NCBI GenBank assembly: GCA_016748015.1
Contig: JAAOMT010000314.1
Coordinates: 1-9,653, forward strand
Reading direction: 5' to 3'
From: Geosiphon pyriformis uo1
Lineage: Eukaryota > Fungi > Glomeromycota
DNA: 9,653 bases
Positions 7,709-9,653 of the stretch are shown one piece after another. Each line of letters begins with the position of its first letter. Position 1 is the first letter of the stretch. A program made the translations under genes and the position numbers. The notes under the pieces are model-generated. The model ran no database searches and had not been told where the DNA came from. It saw only the letters and a list, made by a program, of their open reading frames with translations.

Positions 7709-9653
7709 AAGTTTGCTTATACCCACTATCCTTAGCAATGAGGACTATTTGAGTACCCTAGACCAGTACTACTCATGGATTTGCGGGTATCCACAAATAC
7801 CCCCCAAATATTTGCTCGATTATTACCTGATCCCAACTGCTGTAGGACTACTTGGGCTGTAGTAAGCTTTGATTTGGTGCATTTACGCCCAAGTGATGTA
7901 AACCTCTCCCCAAAAAGCAGCGACTGGGGATCGATAAAGTGTATTGGGGATGTTGGGTTTTTGTATGGGCACGATTGATGTATTTGTCGAGTACTCAATT
8001 AAGTAATGGGATCCCTTATTGGTTAATGGTTGGTACTATTTGCTTACTTACCCTCAGGACGCCATTTAGGGGACTAGGGCGCCCATTTGCAGTACTTGTT
8101 GATGGATCCTACTGATACCTCTACCATTGGTGGTATGAGGCGTGTTCTGATGGCTGGATAGGACTTTGATTTATCCTTGGAGTAAAGCATGGGGAGTAAA
8201 TAGTTTTGGGACAAGTAAAGGGTATCAGGTAGACTAAAGTCCCAACAGTAAAATGGATATCATTGGTGGGGATTGGTCAGTATGGGTAATGGTTACCATT
8301 TGGGACCCACAAGCTGAGGAAGTGGTAGTAAGGGAGGCATTGCAGTTAACTGTTGTAGAGTAGTGTTTGGGTACTGATTGATGACAAGATATGGTATCGT
8401 TAGCCTTATAGTAGCCTCCTATAACCCTACCCTTATGAGCTAGAAGCAGCCATATAGTATTGATTGGTAGTAGTAAACCCAAAGTACCAGTGATTGTAGA
8501 GATCCGACTATATACAACCAAAACGACTCAAACTTAATCTAACCAATTGGTATGGATTGGTATTGGTAGTACTCATAGGGTATCCATTTTTGCATGGGAG
8601 CAGGGGGGGAGAGTAGAGCACCCAACACAACTAATGACTGGACCCTGGGGCTATAGCTATCAATCCTGGGGGAGCAGCGACTTGGACTTGGTACTGAATG
8701 AGACGCTTAATAGTAGGCCTATAGGGGCCTCTGACTGCAGTTGGATTGGATAGTTTATGGAGACTACTGGGATCCCTCCCTGTGCGTAAGTATGTTGGCT
8801 TGTACAGGTCTACGTCATGACACGGGAGGAAGGGTCCCAGACTTACCTCCCCCTATACACTAGAAATTAGCTGTTACAAAGCTTTACTTTGGATTGGAAG
8901 TACCTACAAAGCTGAAATGGTAGCACAAAGCTCTATATACCTATGGTGGCATTGGTACTTATTACAATTACGGTATTTGGTGGAGGGCATCTTGGGTATA
9001 GGATATTGGTATGGGGACTATGCGGTTTATTACAGCGTGCAGGTCTACGTGATATATTAGTACTCCCCACAATGGCTATATGGAGCCTGAAGTAAGTGGA
9101 CAGTAGGGATGGCCCATACTATATGTAAATAGCTGGAACCAGTAATGCCTTGACTACTTGGTCCATAGCTACTACTCCCACCCCACCAGTAGCTCTGATG
9201 GATTAAGCTTCTGCATCCAGCTAAGCTCATGCTACTAATGCCGGGGGATATTTACAGCCCTTGTTTGTGGACCATAACAAGGAGTCTTGTAAGTCCTTGT
9301 TGATTCTCCAGTTTCTCTTAGCCCCCACCCAACAACACCATACCACCACCCACTGTGTGCGTGGGATTTAGAGTTAAGGATGTTATTGGTATGACTTTAC
9401 TTAACAACAGTTTGTTGGTTGATCATAACAAGTACTAAGTATCCCGACCCTCAATAGTTACTGATCACATTGGTATGTACTGAGATAGCCTAGGTACTTT
9501 GCTGTCCGTTGGATTTGATCGCATTGAAAGGGAAGTGGGAGTTACTGAAGTCACGGTACTCAAATAGTAGAATACTCAGACCATTTTTGGATATCCAAGT
9601 ACCAGTTGGTTAGGGTACCTAGGTGATGGTGGGATTGTACAGTACTACAAAGA
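7698..9653 (+). repeat. Long direct repeat, copy 2 (truncated by window end)
   Basis: Matches 1-1956 at offset 7697 and continues to the last base of the window. Confidence 0.98.

Noticed and set aside
1-9653. LTR retrotransposon interpretation (two ~2-kb LTRs around an internal region)
   Set aside because: Both copies end exactly at the window edges rather than at TG...CA termini. No PBS, gag, RT (YxDD) or integrase remnants were seen. Circular overlap or tandem array is more parsimonious.

Overview
The window is dominated by one structural fact: bases 1-1956 recur, apparently identically, at 7698-9653 (offset 7697 bp), and both copies run off the window edges. It is therefore about 1.25 turns of a 7697-bp unit, either a circular molecule with an over-assembled end or a long-period tandem array. 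I find no recognisable protein-coding gene, tRNA, rRNA, CRISPR array or transposase/RT/Rep in the unit. The longest ORF is 147 aa and low-complexity, and all listed ORFs look like chance ORFs. GC is roughly 42-45% (estimated from sample lines). The word composition is unusual: palindromes GTAC, AGTACT, GGTACC and GGATCC are strongly over-represented, TpA and G/C runs are frequent, CpG is depleted, and the + strand has a G+T skew that peaks at about 5430-6770. A cluster of hairpins, a 12-bp palindrome and a CpG-rich patch at about 4850-5380 sits next to the skew change and is a candidate origin or control region. My best inference is a gene-less circular DNA (an organelle-type 'empty' or cassette-bearing minichromosome, or a satellite-like extrachromosomal circle) or a eukaryotic macrosatellite. 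The source organism cannot be determined from the sequence alone.
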